Source of the DNA: Chromatiales bacterium
GTDB taxonomy: Bacteria; Pseudomonadota; Gammaproteobacteria; SpSt-1174
Direction: 5' to 3'
DNA: 64,000 nucleotides
NCBI GenBank assembly: GCA_014762505.1
Contig: JABURS010000042.1
Span: 18,877 to 82,876 of the forward strand
The notes beneath the pieces are model-generated. The model was not told the origin of the DNA, did no database searches, and saw nothing but the letters and a program-made list of their open reading frames with translations. Below, one piece after another: positions 11,348 to 20,605 of this stretch. Each line of letters opens with the position of its first letter. Position 1 is the stretch's first letter. A program made the position numbers and the translations under genes.

Positions 11348-11368
11348 GCCGGAGGCACCGCCTCCGGC
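11348..11368 (+). other. Perfect 9-bp GC-rich hairpin between trxB and the next gene (no U-tract)
   Basis: GCCGGAGGC-acc-GCCTCCGGC begins 8 nt after the trxB stop and is followed by CCCTCCCCCC rather than a T-run. The next gene starts at 11382. Confidence 0.5.
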
Positions 11369-11381
11369 CCCTCCCCCCGCC

Positions 11382-12557
11382 ATGGACATCCGTATCGAGA
11401 CCTCGCTCGAGGGCATCCAGCCGGCGGAATGGGATGCCCTCGGCGGGCATGCCGACCCCTTCCTCTCCCACGCCTTCCTCAGCGCCCTGGAGCGCCACGA
11501 CTGCGTGGGCGAGACCTTCGGCTGGTATCCGCGCCACCTCGTCGTGCGCGACGAGACGGGCCGCCTGGTCGGTGCCATGCCCATGTACCTCAAGACCAAC
11601 TCCTACGGCGAGCTGGTCTTCGACTGGAGCTGGGCATCGGCCTACGAGCGTAGCGGACGACGCTACTATCCCAAGCTCGTCGTCGGCATCCCCTACACCC
11701 CGGTCACCGGCCGCCGGCTGCTGGTGGCCGACGACGTGGACGGCGAGGCCATGCGCGACCTGCTGATCGACTCGGCCGTCCGGCTCGCCACGGACAACGG
11801 CCTGTCGGGCATCCACTGGCTGTTCCTCACGCCGGCCGACCGGCAGCGCCTGGCGGCACGGGGCATGCTGCTGCGCCGGGACTGCCAGTATCACTGGCAC
11901 AACCGCGGCTACGCCGACTTCGAGGCCTTTGTCGCCGACTTCAGCGCACGCAAGCGCAAGAAGGTGAAACGGGAACGCCGCCGGGTGGCGGAACAGGACA
12001 TCCGGCTCCGCACGCTGCACGGCCAGGAACTCACCGACGACGACTGGGCGACCTTCCATCGCTTCTATGTCGACACCTTCGAGAAGAACGCCGGCATCCC
12101 GACCCTGAGCCTGGACTTCTTCCGCGAGATCGGCCGCACCCTGGGCGAGCGCATCGTGGTGGTTTTCGCCGAGCACGCCGGGCGACGGGTGGCCGGCGCA
12201 CTCAACTTTCGCAATGACAAGGCACTGTTCGGCCGCTACTGGGGCTGCGACCGGGACTTCCACAGCCTGCACTTCGAGGCCTGTTACTACCAGGGCATCG
12301 ACTACTGCATCGCCGAGGGCCTGACCCGCTTCGAGCCCGGCGCCCAGGGCGAGCACAAGATCGCGCGCGGCTTCCTCCCCACCACCACCTGGTCCGCCCA
12401 CTGGATCCTCGATGAGGACTTCCGCACCGTGATCGACACCTTCTGCCGCCGCGAACGCGGCTTCATGCAGGAGCGCTGCCAGGAACTGCTGCGCGAATCG
12501 CCGTTTCGTGAGGATATCGACGTGCAAGTCGACCGCGATTCGGGCGAGAATGGCTGA
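11382..12557 (+). CDS. FemAB-like / DUF482-type GNAT-fold protein (uncharacterised family)
   Basis: 391 aa. The N-terminal half (WDALGGHADPFLSHAFLSALERHDCVGETFGWYPRHLVV...MPMYLKTNSYGELVFDWSWASAYERSGRRYYPKLVVGIPYTPVTGRRLL) matches my memory of the Pfam FemAB_like (PF04339) family. Confidence 0.7.
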   Translation: MDIRIETSLEGIQPAEWDALGGHADPFLSHAFLSALERHDCVGETFGWYPRHLVVRDETGRLVGAMPMYLKTNSYGELVFDWSWASAYERSGRRYYPKLVVGIPYTPVTGRRLLVADDVDGEAMRDLLIDSAVRLATDNGLSGIHWLFLTPADRQRLAARGMLLRRDCQYHWHNRGYADFEAFVADFSARKRKKVKRERRRVAEQDIRLRTLHGQELTDDDWATFHRFYVDTFEKNAGIPTLSLDFFREIGRTLGERIVVVFAEHAGRRVAGALNFRNDKALFGRYWGCDRDFHSLHFEACYYQGIDYCIAEGLTRFEPGAQGEHKIARGFLPTTTWSAHWILDEDFRTVIDTFCRRERGFMQERCQELLRESPFREDIDVQVDRDSGENG

Positions 12558-12818
12558 ATGCGCACCAATCCCTACAATGGCAAGGACATGCCCGCCGAGG
12601 CGAGCGCCCTGCGCTATCGCGTGAGCCTGATGACGCCCACCAAGCGCTCCTTCTCCTACTCGGTCGCCACCCACATGGGTGCCTACAAGGCCGTGGCCAT
12701 TGCCGTGGAGGCGCACATGGTGGCCGCCCCCAACGAGCGGGTGTACAAGCTCAGCGTCACCGAACTGCCGGGCGACAAGCGTGACGGGGCGGACCTCTAC
12801 GACCGCTTCGAATGGTGA
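12558..12818 (+). CDS. Hypothetical 86-aa protein (orphan), zero-spacer coupled to the FemAB-like gene
   Basis: ATG 12558 immediately follows TGA 12555-12557. GC3-rich codon usage matches neighbouring genes, and the ORF ends 16 nt before aat. I recognise no family. Confidence 0.5.
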   Translation: MRTNPYNGKDMPAEASALRYRVSLMTPTKRSFSYSVATHMGAYKAVAIAVEAHMVAAPNERVYKLSVTELPGDKRDGADLYDRFEW

Positions 12819-12834
12819 CGACCGACGCGGGACC

Positions 12835-13602
12835 ATGGCGCTCAATCTCATGAACCGCATCCACTGGCTCGACCCGCTGGACCCCGACCAGCCCTTCCCG
12901 CCCGTCTCCCGTGCCCTGCGCGATCCCGACGGCCTGCTGGCCGCCGGCGGCGACCTCTCCACCCCCCGCCTGCTGCGGGCCTACCGTGCCGGCATCTTTC
13001 CCTGGTACGAGGCGGGCCAGCCCATCCTCTGGTGGTCGCCCGATCCGCGCACCATCCTCTACCCCGAGGACCTCAACATCAGCCGCAGCCTGCGCAAGGC
13101 CCTGCGCAACCGGCCGTACGCGGTGACCTTCGATACGCGGTTTCGCGAGGTGATGCAGGCCTGCGCCGCGCCGCGTCCCGACCAGCACGGCACCTGGATC
13201 ACCCCCGAGATGATCGAGGCCTACTGCGCGCTGCACGCAGCCGGCCATGCCCACTCGGTGGAGGTGAGCGACGACACCGGCCGGCTGGTCGGCGGGCTCT
13301 ACGGCGTGGCCATCGGCCGTGTGTTCTTCGGCGAATCCATGTTCAGCCGCGTGCGCGACGGCTCGAAGATCGCACTGGCCTGGCTGGCCTGCCACCTGCA
13401 GCATTGGGGCTATCGCCTCATCGACTGCCAGCAGGCCACGCCGCACATGCTGCGCATGGGCGCACAGGGCATACCGCGGGAGACCTTCAGCGCGCTGCTG
13501 GACGAATACTGCCCCCGCCCGGGACAGGCCGCCCCCTGGCGGACGGCCCCGGCGCTCGACGTGGCGAACTGGCAGCCGCAGCGCGAGGACGGGTGCCCGT
13601 GA
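12835..13602 (+). CDS. aat: Leucyl/phenylalanyl-tRNA--protein transferase
   Basis: ATG 12835 lies within ORF 12679..13602. The 255-aa product (GLLAAGGDLSTPRLLRAYRAGIFPWY...WWSPDPR...GESMFS) is a typical L/F-transferase. Confidence 0.93.
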   Translation: MALNLMNRIHWLDPLDPDQPFPPVSRALRDPDGLLAAGGDLSTPRLLRAYRAGIFPWYEAGQPILWWSPDPRTILYPEDLNISRSLRKALRNRPYAVTFDTRFREVMQACAAPRPDQHGTWITPEMIEAYCALHAAGHAHSVEVSDDTGRLVGGLYGVAIGRVFFGESMFSRVRDGSKIALAWLACHLQHWGYRLIDCQQATPHMLRMGAQGIPRETFSALLDEYCPRPGQAAPWRTAPALDVANWQPQREDGCP

Positions 13603-13733
13603 TCGCGATCGCATTTCCTGCAACCCGGGGAGTATGAGACGCCGAAACGCGAGGGGGTTCACGCTGAGGCGCGGCCCCGCCCCCTAAGCTGGCTATCCAT
13701 CACGGCGACACAGACAGCCCGGAGGGTAGCCCC

Positions 13734-15296
13734 ATGCGTTCCGAAGACGCCCTGCAGCAGACGGTGCTGCGCACCACCCACATGCCGAGCACCCAAGACC
13801 GGCTGCGCCATGGCCTGGCGCAGCGCTGGCCCCAGCTCTACGGACTGGTACTCGTCCTCACCGCCCTGCCCGGCGCCGTCTTTCCCTTTGCCTTCCCGCT
13901 GCTGGGCGTGGCCATGCTGGCCTCGCTGGCAGGTCAGCTGTTCGCCCTGGACACCGGTTTTTCCTTCCAGCTCTTCCTCTCCCACCTTGCCCTGCTGGTA
14001 CTGGCCGGCGCGATGAGCTGGTACCTGTGGCAGGAACGGCCGGTCCTGCCCCAGGGACGGCGCCTGGACGCGCGCGAGGCCCCGCTGCTTTACCCGCTGC
14101 TCGCCGACCTGCAACAGCACTTCGGCAAGGTGGACTTCGAACAGATCATCCTCTCGCCCGAATACGAGCTGCGCGTCGAGCGCACGCCGGTCAACGGCTA
14201 TCCCCTGCGGCTGCGCAACAGCCTCATCATCGGCCTGCCGGTGCTGGAATCGCTCTCGGCGCCCCAGCTGCAGGTACTGCTCGCCCGCGAGGTCGGCTAC
14301 CTCGCCCAGGCCCGTCGCCGTCCAGGCGCCTGGCTGATGGCCGTCGACGACATCAGCCGTGCCTATCGCAGTCACTACCGGGCCGGCTGGGGCCCGCAGC
14401 AGCTGCTGCCGCGCCTGTTCTACGCCCTGCACGCGCCCGTCTATGCATGGATGAGTCAGGAACACGGGCGCCAGGAACAGCGTCTGGCCAACCATCATCC
14501 GATGGAGCTGATCAACGACGACGTGGTCGCCCAGGCCCTGGTCAGCGACCACTTTGCCCAGTATGTCATGCACCACCAGTACTGGCCGGCCATCTACAAG
14601 GGCGCCCAGCGTCACCCGACGCCCAAGCATCCGCCTTACCTCAACCTGGAAAACTACATGCGCCGCGCCTACCGCAAGGGCGCCAGTGCCTACTGGCTGA
14701 CCCACGTGCTCGGCCATTACCAGAAGACGCCGCATGGCCCCACGCTCGCCGAGCACCTGCAGGAGATCGGTCACAGCCGCATCCCCGAGCCGCGCGGTTT
14801 CGACCAGCCCGCCTCGCGCCAGCTCCTGCCGGCCCGCCTCGATGCCATCCGCGTCCAGATGGACCGCGCCTGGCTGGACGAGAACCTCGCGGCCTGGAAG
14901 CAGCAGTACAGCCAGAACCAGCGTCAGTGGGAGCGCATGAAACAGCTGATCGTGCAGGCCCAGAACGGGCGCCTGCCGGCAGAGGACGCCTGGGAATGCG
15001 CCCAGCTCATCCAGGCCCAGCTCAACGATCGCCACGAAGTGAGCGGCTATTACCGCCAGCTGCTCACCGCCTGCCCCGACTGCGCCCGCCTGCACTACTT
15101 CATCGGCCGCTATCTGCTGGCCGGCAACGAAGCGGACGGGGTGCAGGCCATCGAGTCGGCCATGCACCAGGATGCGGGCTACGTGCCGGACGGCTGCCAG
15201 CTGATCACGCGCTACCTGATGCGCACGGGGCAGCGCAAGGCCGCCCAGGAATACCGGCGCAAGGCGCTTGCCTACGGGGTGACGGCCGCCGACTGA
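13734..15296 (+). CDS. Membrane protein with M48 (HtpX/BepA-like) peptidase architecture but a degenerate zinc site (REVGY instead of HExxH); TPR-like C-terminus
   Basis: 520 aa with RBS GGAGGG at 13721-13726. There are two or three N-terminal hydrophobic helices. The segment NGYPLRLRNSLIIGLPVLESLSAPQLQVLLAREVGYLAQ is collinear with the M48 pattern NAFA...I.LL..L...EL.AVLAHE.GH. Confidence 0.55.
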   Translation: MRSEDALQQTVLRTTHMPSTQDRLRHGLAQRWPQLYGLVLVLTALPGAVFPFAFPLLGVAMLASLAGQLFALDTGFSFQLFLSHLALLVLAGAMSWYLWQERPVLPQGRRLDAREAPLLYPLLADLQQHFGKVDFEQIILSPEYELRVERTPVNGYPLRLRNSLIIGLPVLESLSAPQLQVLLAREVGYLAQARRRPGAWLMAVDDISRAYRSHYRAGWGPQQLLPRLFYALHAPVYAWMSQEHGRQEQRLANHHPMELINDDVVAQALVSDHFAQYVMHHQYWPAIYKGAQRHPTPKHPPYLNLENYMRRAYRKGASAYWLTHVLGHYQKTPHGPTLAEHLQEIGHSRIPEPRGFDQPASRQLLPARLDAIRVQMDRAWLDENLAAWKQQYSQNQRQWERMKQLIVQAQNGRLPAEDAWECAQLIQAQLNDRHEVSGYYRQLLTACPDCARLHYFIGRYLLAGNEADGVQAIESAMHQDAGYVPDGCQLITRYLMRTGQRKAAQEYRRKALAYGVTAAD

Positions 15297-15312
15297 ACAG
15301 ACATCGCCCCAG

Positions 15313-15672
15313 TCAGAGCAGGTGACGCCCGTCGAAGACATCGCAGTCGAGGGCGAAGGGATCCACGCCCTCGATGCAGCCCAGGTTGGCGCGATAATGC
15401 CCCGGCACGCGGGCGGTGATGTGGAAGGGATAGATGCCGCAGTGGCGGCAGAAATAGTGCTTGGCGGTCGCGGCCCCGAACTCGTAGAGCCCCAGGGCAC
15501 CCTCCTCGGCCTCGATGTGAAAACGCTCCGGCGGGATCGCCTCGGGTGTCATCATCGCGCCCTTGCGCGCGCAGATCGAGCAATTGCAGCGCAGGCCGCG
15601 TGTGATCGGCTCTCCCTCGAAACTGAAGCGCACGGCCCCGCAATGACAGCTTCCGCCATGTTGCATCATCAT
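15313..15672 (-). CDS. GFA (glutathione-dependent formaldehyde-activating / CENP-V-like) family protein
   Basis: 119 aa with zinc-binding Cys pattern SCHCGAVRF...CNCSICARKG...FCRHCG. Confidence 0.85.
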   Translation of the reverse strand: MMMQHGGSCHCGAVRFSFEGEPITRGLRCNCSICARKGAMMTPEAIPPERFHIEAEEGALGLYEFGAATAKHYFCRHCGIYPFHITARVPGHYRANLGCIEGVDPFALDCDVFDGRHLL

Positions 15673-15713
15673 GCCCTCCCTGGGCGGTTATTGTCCCGTC
15701 GGGACGCACGCGG

Positions 15714-16232
15714 CTATTTTCCGGCCGCCTTGCCCTTCGCGACGATGTAGTCGGTCACCGCGAACAGCACCCCCGATAAGACAAAGGTGAGGTGAATGAT
15801 CACCTTCCACATCAGTATCTCCTGGCTGACCTCGGCGGCATTCACGAAGGCCTTGAGCAGCTCGATGGCGGAGATGGCGACAATGGCGCCGATGAGCTTG
15901 ATCTTGAGGTCCGAGAAACCCACCTTGCCCATCCAGCCCGGACGGTCCTCGTGATCGCCCAGTGCGAACTTGGAGACGAAGTTCTCGTAGCCGCTGAGCG
16001 CGATGATCAGGAGCAGGCTGGCCAGCAGGGCGACGTCGACCAGTGTGAGGATGCTGACGATGGACTCCTGCGACGTGAGCGTGAACAACCCGCCGAGCAG
16101 GTGCCAGAGCTCCTTGAAGAACTTCACCAGCAGGGCGATGACCGCCACCATCAGGCCGGCGAAGAGCGGCGCCAGCAGCCAGCGGCTGCCGAACAGGGCG
16201 GCCTCGAAGAGGTGTTCGAACTTTTTCATCAT
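15714..16232 (-). CDS. yqhA: UPF0114 / YqhA-family inner-membrane protein
   Basis: ORF 15714..16283. The likely start is the MMKKFEHLFEAALFGSRWLLAPLFAGL... ATG pair at 16227-16232. The sequence is collinear with E. coli YqhA (SGYENFVS, MWKVIIHLTFVLS). Confidence 0.85.
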   Translation of the reverse strand: MMKKFEHLFEAALFGSRWLLAPLFAGLMVAVIALLVKFFKELWHLLGGLFTLTSQESIVSILTLVDVALLASLLLIIALSGYENFVSKFALGDHEDRPGWMGKVGFSDLKIKLIGAIVAISAIELLKAFVNAAEVSQEILMWKVIIHLTFVLSGVLFAVTDYIVAKGKAAGK

Positions 16233-16294
16233 CGGTCGTCCATCTCGTCCGTCGTAAGACAATGGCATCGATTCTGCCACCATGCCCCGCCACG

Positions 16295-16330
16295 AAAAAG
16301 GCCCCGGATCACCGATCCGGGGCCTTTTTT
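16295..16330 (-). terminator. Rho-independent terminator downstream of thrC (symmetrical, could act on both strands)
   Basis: AAAAAGGCCCCGGATC-acc-GATCCGGGGCCTTTTTT has an 11-bp stem and is flanked by A5 and T6 runs. Confidence 0.85.
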
Positions 16331-16353
16331 CATGACGGCTGCATGAAACACGC

Positions 16354-17499
16354 TCAGTCGGTCATGTTGTCCATGATGGAGCGCTTCACCTCGTCCAGGG
16401 TCGCATCCACGGTCAGCACCGGGGCGGTGGACTGCTTGATGGCCGTGTCCGGATCCTTGAGGCCGTTGCCGGTCAGGGTACAGACCACGCTGCTGCCCTC
16501 GGGGATCTTGCCGTTCTTGATGTCGCGCATCGCACCGGCCAGCGAGGCGGCGGAGGCGGGCTCGCAGAACACGCCCTCGGTCTCGGCCAGCAGCTTCTGT
16601 GCGGCGAGGATCTCCTCGTCCGTGCACTCGTCGAACCAGCCGCCGGATTCCTCCTTCACCTTCCAGGCCATGTCCCAGCTCTGCGGGTGGCCGATGCGGA
16701 TGGCGGTGGCCACCGTCTCCGGGTTGTCGACCATGTGGCCGCGCATGAAGGGCGCGGAACCCGCGGCCTGGTAGCCGATCATCCGCGGGCGGTTGCCGAC
16801 GATGGCGCCGCCGGCATACTTGCAGTGGCCCTTGCAGAAGGCGCAGGACTCGGTGACGTGGTCGCCGGAGGCCGAGGAATACTCGCAGTAGCCGATCCAG
16901 TGCGCGGTGATGTTGCCTGCATTGCCCACCGGCAGGCAGTGGTAATCCGGCGCGCGCCCCAGCTCCTCGATGATCTCGAAGGCGGCGGTCTTCTGCCCCT
17001 GCAGGCGATAGGGGTTGATGGAGTTGACGATGGTGACCGGGGCCTGTTCGGCCACCTCCTTCACCAGGCGCATGCCGTCGTCGAAGTTGCCCTTGATCTG
17101 GATGGTGACCGCGCCGTACATCATGGCCTGGGCCAGCTTGCCCATGGCGATCTTGCCGTCCGGGATGAGAACGAAGGCGGTGATGCCGGCCCGCGCGGCA
17201 TAGGCCGCGGCGGCCGCCGAGGTGTTGCCGGTGGAGGCGCAGATGATGGCCTTGCTGCCCTCTTCCACCGCCTTGGTCACGGCCATGGTCATGCCGCGGT
17301 CCTTGAACGAACCCGTGGGGTTCAGCCCCTCGAACTTGACGTAGATGTCCACGTCCTTGCCGAGTTTCGCCGGGACGTTGTGCAGGCGGATCAGCGGGGT
17401 GTTGCCCTCGCCCAGGCTGATGATGCGCGTGTCGTCGTGCACCGGAAGGCGGTCGCGGTAGCGCTCGATCAGGCCGGTATAACGGGGTCGAAAAGGCAT
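16354..17499 (-). CDS. thrC: Threonine synthase (short type) with a Cys-rich internal insertion
   Basis: 381 aa with PLP-lysine motif [10 protein letters not shown], and GNAGNITAH and [11 protein letters not shown] motifs. It follows hom. Confidence 0.95.
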   Translation of the reverse strand: MPFRPRYTGLIERYRDRLPVHDDTRIISLGEGNTPLIRLHNVPAKLGKDVDIYVKFEGLNPTGSFKDRGMTMAVTKAVEEGSKAIICASTGNTSAAAAAYAARAGITAFVLIPDGKIAMGKLAQAMMYGAVTIQIKGNFDDGMRLVKEVAEQAPVTIVNSINPYRLQGQKTAAFEIIEELGRAPDYHCLPVGNAGNITAHWIGYCEYSSASGDHVTESCAFCKGHCKYAGGAIVGNRPRMIGYQAAGSAPFMRGHMVDNPETVATAIRIGHPQSWDMAWKVKEESGGWFDECTDEEILAAQKLLAETEGVFCEPASAASLAGAMRDIKNGKIPEGSSVVCTLTGNGLKDPDTAIKQSTAPVLTVDATLDEVKRSIMDNMTD

Positions 17500-17542
17500 G
17501 GGATTGTCCTGTTGATTCAGATAACGATAAACAAGTTTGACG

Positions 17543-18865
17543 TCAGGTCGGGATGAACTTCAGCCCCTCGACGCGGATCCGCGTCACCGGGGCGTTCACC
17601 ACGTCCAGGGCCTCGATCTCGGTGATGGCCGCATTCATCTCGCGCTCGATCACACGCTGCGTCAGAAGAATGATATCAGCATCCACCATACCCTCCAGCG
17701 GCTCCTTCTGCACGAAGGCCTCGATGCTGATGCCGCGGGAGCCCAGGATGCGCGTGATCTCGGCCAGCACGCCCGGCTTGTCGCTGGCGTTCATGCGCAG
17801 GTAGTAGGCCGTCTCGACCTCCTCGATGGGCAGGATCGGCGCGTCGGAGAGCGCGTCCGGCTGGAAGGCCAGGTGGGGCACCCGGTTCTCGGGATCGGAG
17901 GTGAGCGTGCGCACCACGTCCACCAGGTCGGCCACCACCGCCGAGGCCGTGGGTTCGGCGCCGGCACCGGCGCCGTAGTACATGGTGGGCCCGACGGCAT
18001 CGCCGAACACCAGCACCGCATTCATCACGCCGTCGACGTTGGCGATGAGGCGGCGGTGCGGCACCAGGGTCGGGTGCACACGCAGCTCGAAGCCCCTGGG
18101 CGTGCGGCGCGCCACGCCCAGGTGCTTGATGCGATACCCCAGCTCGCCGGCGAAGGCCACGTCCTCACTGGTGATGCGGGTGATGCCCTCGGTGTAGACC
18201 TTCTCGAACTGCAGCGGGATGCCGAAGGCGATGGAGGCCAGGATGGTGAGCTTGTGGGCGGCGTCGATGCCCTCCACGTCGAACACCGGGTTGGCCTCGG
18301 CATAGCCCAGGGCCTGGGCCTCGCGCAGCACGTCGTCGAAGTCGCGGCCCTTGTCGCGCATCTCGGTGAGGATGAAGTTGCCGGTACCGTTGATGATACC
18401 GGCCAGCCACTGGATGCGGTTGCCCGCCAGGCCCTCGCGGATCGCCTTGATGATGGGAATGCCCCCTGCCACGGCTGCCTCGAAGGCCACCATCACACCC
18501 TTTTCCTGGGCGCGGGCGAAGATCTCGTTGCCATGCAGGGCGATCAGGGCCTTGTTGGCCGTGACCACGTGCTTGCCGTTGTCGATGGCCTGCATCACCA
18601 GCTCGCGGGCGAGATCGTAACCGCCGATCAGCTCGACGATGATCTGCACGCTCGGGTCGTTCACCACCTCGAAGGGGTCGTCGGTGAGCGAGATATCGCT
18701 GGTGTCACAGATGCGCTCGCGCGAGAGATCGCGCGCCGAGGCGTGCGTGACCACGATGCCGCGACCGGCACGGCGGGCGATCTCCTCGGCATTGCGCCTC
18801 AGCACGTTGACGGTCCCGCCGCCCACCGTGCCCAGGCCCAGCAGGCCTACTTTGACCGGTTCCAA
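17543..18865 (-). CDS. hom: Homoserine dehydrogenase (with C-terminal ACT domain)
   Basis: 440 aa ([16 protein letters not shown]...). The TTG start at 18863-18865 lies 7 nt after GGGAG. Confidence 0.95.
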   Translation of the reverse strand: MEPVKVGLLGLGTVGGGTVNVLRRNAEEIARRAGRGIVVTHASARDLSRERICDTSDISLTDDPFEVVNDPSVQIIVELIGGYDLARELVMQAIDNGKHVVTANKALIALHGNEIFARAQEKGVMVAFEAAVAGGIPIIKAIREGLAGNRIQWLAGIINGTGNFILTEMRDKGRDFDDVLREAQALGYAEANPVFDVEGIDAAHKLTILASIAFGIPLQFEKVYTEGITRITSEDVAFAGELGYRIKHLGVARRTPRGFELRVHPTLVPHRRLIANVDGVMNAVLVFGDAVGPTMYYGAGAGAEPTASAVVADLVDVVRTLTSDPENRVPHLAFQPDALSDAPILPIEEVETAYYLRMNASDKPGVLAEITRILGSRGISIEAFVQKEPLEGMVDADIILLTQRVIEREMNAAITEIEALDVVNAPVTRIRVEGLKFIPT

Positions 18866-18886
18866 AGAATTGCTCCCAATCTTGCG

Positions 18887-20083
18887 TTAATCGGTTTCCA
18901 GCAGGCCGTCGTTGCGGAACATCTGGCGGATGCCGCGCAGGGCCTGGCGAGTGCGGTGTTCGTTCTCGATCAGGCTGAAGCGCACGTGATCGTCGCCATA
19001 CTGGCCGAAGCCGACACCGGGCGAGACCGCCACCCTGGCCTCCTTGAGGAGTTTCTTGGAGAACTCCAGCGAGCCCATCTCGACGTAGGGCTCCGGAATG
19101 CGGGCCCAGACGAACATGGTGGCCTTCGGTTTCTCGACCTGCCAGCCGATGCCGTTGAGGCCATCACAGAGCACGTCGCGGCGCTTCAGGTACAGCTTGC
19201 GGATGTCCTCGACACAGTCCTGCGGTCCTTCCAGGGCGGTGATCGCCGCCACCTGGATGGGCGTGAAGGTGCCGTAGTCGAGGTAGGACTTCATGCGCGC
19301 CAGGGCCGCGACCAGGGTCTTGTTGCCGCACATGAAGCCCACGCGCCAGCCCGGCATGTTGTAGGTCTTGGACAGGGAGTAGAACTCCACCGCCACGTCC
19401 TTGGCCCCCGGCACCTGCAGGATCGACGGCGCCTTGTAGCCGTCGAAGACGATCTCGGCATAGGCGATGTCGTGCACCACCCAGATCTGGTGTTCGCGCG
19501 CGATGGCCACCACCTTCTCGAAGAAATCCAGCTCCACGCACTGCGCGGTGGGATTGCCCGGGAAGTTCAGGATCAGCATCTTCGGCCTGGGCCAGGAGTC
19601 CTTGATGGCCTTCTCCAGCTCGGCGAAGAAGTCCACGTCCGGGGTCATGGCCACGTGGCGGATGTCGGCCCCGGCGATCACGCAGCCGTAGGGGTGGATC
19701 GGATAGGCCGGATTCGGCACCAGCACCGCATCGCCCGGCCCCAGGGTGGCCAGCGCCAGGTGCGCCAGGCCCTCCTTGGAGCCGATGGTGACGATGGCCT
19801 CGGACTCGGGGTCGAGCTCCACGTCGTACTCGCGCTTGTACCAGGTGGCGATGGCGCGACGCAGGCGCGGGATGCCGCGCGAGACCGAGTAGCGGTGGGT
19901 GTCGCCGCGCTGGGCCGCCTCCACCAGCTTGTCGACGATGTGCTGGGGCGTGGGCTGGTCCGGGTTACCCATGCCGAAATCGATGATGTCCTCGCCCCGG
20001 GCCCGGGCCTTGGCCTTCAGATCGTTGACGATATTGAAGACGTAAGGAGGCAGTCGCTTGATTCTGGGAAACTCGTCTATCAC
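18887..20083 (-). CDS. alaC: Class-I/II aminotransferase, AlaC-type alanine transaminase
   Basis: 398 aa, collinear with E. coli AlaC/YfdZ as I remember it (RLPPYVFN...[13 protein letters not shown]...[12 protein letters not shown]...). Confidence 0.88.
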   Translation of the reverse strand: MIDEFPRIKRLPPYVFNIVNDLKAKARARGEDIIDFGMGNPDQPTPQHIVDKLVEAAQRGDTHRYSVSRGIPRLRRAIATWYKREYDVELDPESEAIVTIGSKEGLAHLALATLGPGDAVLVPNPAYPIHPYGCVIAGADIRHVAMTPDVDFFAELEKAIKDSWPRPKMLILNFPGNPTAQCVELDFFEKVVAIAREHQIWVVHDIAYAEIVFDGYKAPSILQVPGAKDVAVEFYSLSKTYNMPGWRVGFMCGNKTLVAALARMKSYLDYGTFTPIQVAAITALEGPQDCVEDIRKLYLKRRDVLCDGLNGIGWQVEKPKATMFVWARIPEPYVEMGSLEFSKKLLKEARVAVSPGVGFGQYGDDHVRFSLIENEHRTRQALRGIRQMFRNDGLLETD

Positions 20084-20215
20084 CGTGATTTATCCACAAA
20101 AGGTCGGGCCCGGGGTAAACGGGCAACATTACTGACGCCGGGAAATGCTGTCAATTGCGCCGACCGGGGCGATGCGCTGCGCTATAATGCGCGCTTGCGA
20201 CCGCAACCGTCGGAA

Positions 20216-20593
20216 ATGGCAATGAAATTCACACAGGAATTCGGCGCGGGCACCTACGCGATCACGGCCTACGCCAGCGGGCAGATCCGGGTGAACGAGA
20301 CGGTACACACCACCAGTCTCATTATCGCACCGGCACGGCTCGATACGGAATGGGCGCCGGAGGTTTTTGAGGACCTGAACACGGAAACCCTGGCCCCCCT
20401 GCTCGCCTGGGAGCCCGAGATCCTGGTGCTGGGTACCGGCGAGTCTCAGCGCTTCCCTGCCCCGGAGGTGTTCCGGCTGTTCCGTGAACAGGGCATCGGG
20501 CTGGAGGTGATGGACACGGGCTCGGCCTGCCGGACCTACAACATCCTGATGGCCGAGGGCCGTCACGTGATGGCCGCCCTGTTGCAGATCTGA
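20216..20593 (+). CDS. Mth938-like domain protein (DUF498 / NDUFAF3-like)
   Basis: This is the 125-aa tail of ORF 17537..20593 starting at ATG 20216 (MAMKFTQEFGAGTYAITAYASGQIRVNE...LVLGTGESQRFP...MDTGSACRTYNIL). A perfect TATAAT lies at 20183-20188 upstream. The rest of the long ORF is antisense to hom/alaC. Confidence 0.75.
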   Translation: MAMKFTQEFGAGTYAITAYASGQIRVNETVHTTSLIIAPARLDTEWAPEVFEDLNTETLAPLLAWEPEILVLGTGESQRFPAPEVFRLFREQGIGLEVMDTGSACRTYNILMAEGRHVMAALLQI

Positions 20594-20605
20594 GGGGCCT
20601 TCGCC

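Noticed and set aside
13605-13612. A GCGATCGC (HIP1-like) palindrome just after the aat stop
   Set aside because: It is a single occurrence embedded in TGATCGCGATCGCA. I have no evidence of a repeat family or a hairpin of useful length.
17537-20215. The upstream ~890 aa of the 1018-aa plus-strand ORF 17537..20593
   Set aside because: It is antisense to hom and alaC. Only the last 125 aa, from ATG 20216, look like a real protein (Mth938-like domain). Similar reasoning applies to 293..2155(-) upstream of 841, 26898..29258(-) upstream of 27611, 32464..34845(+) upstream of 33283 and 56404..60021(+) upstream of 57358.
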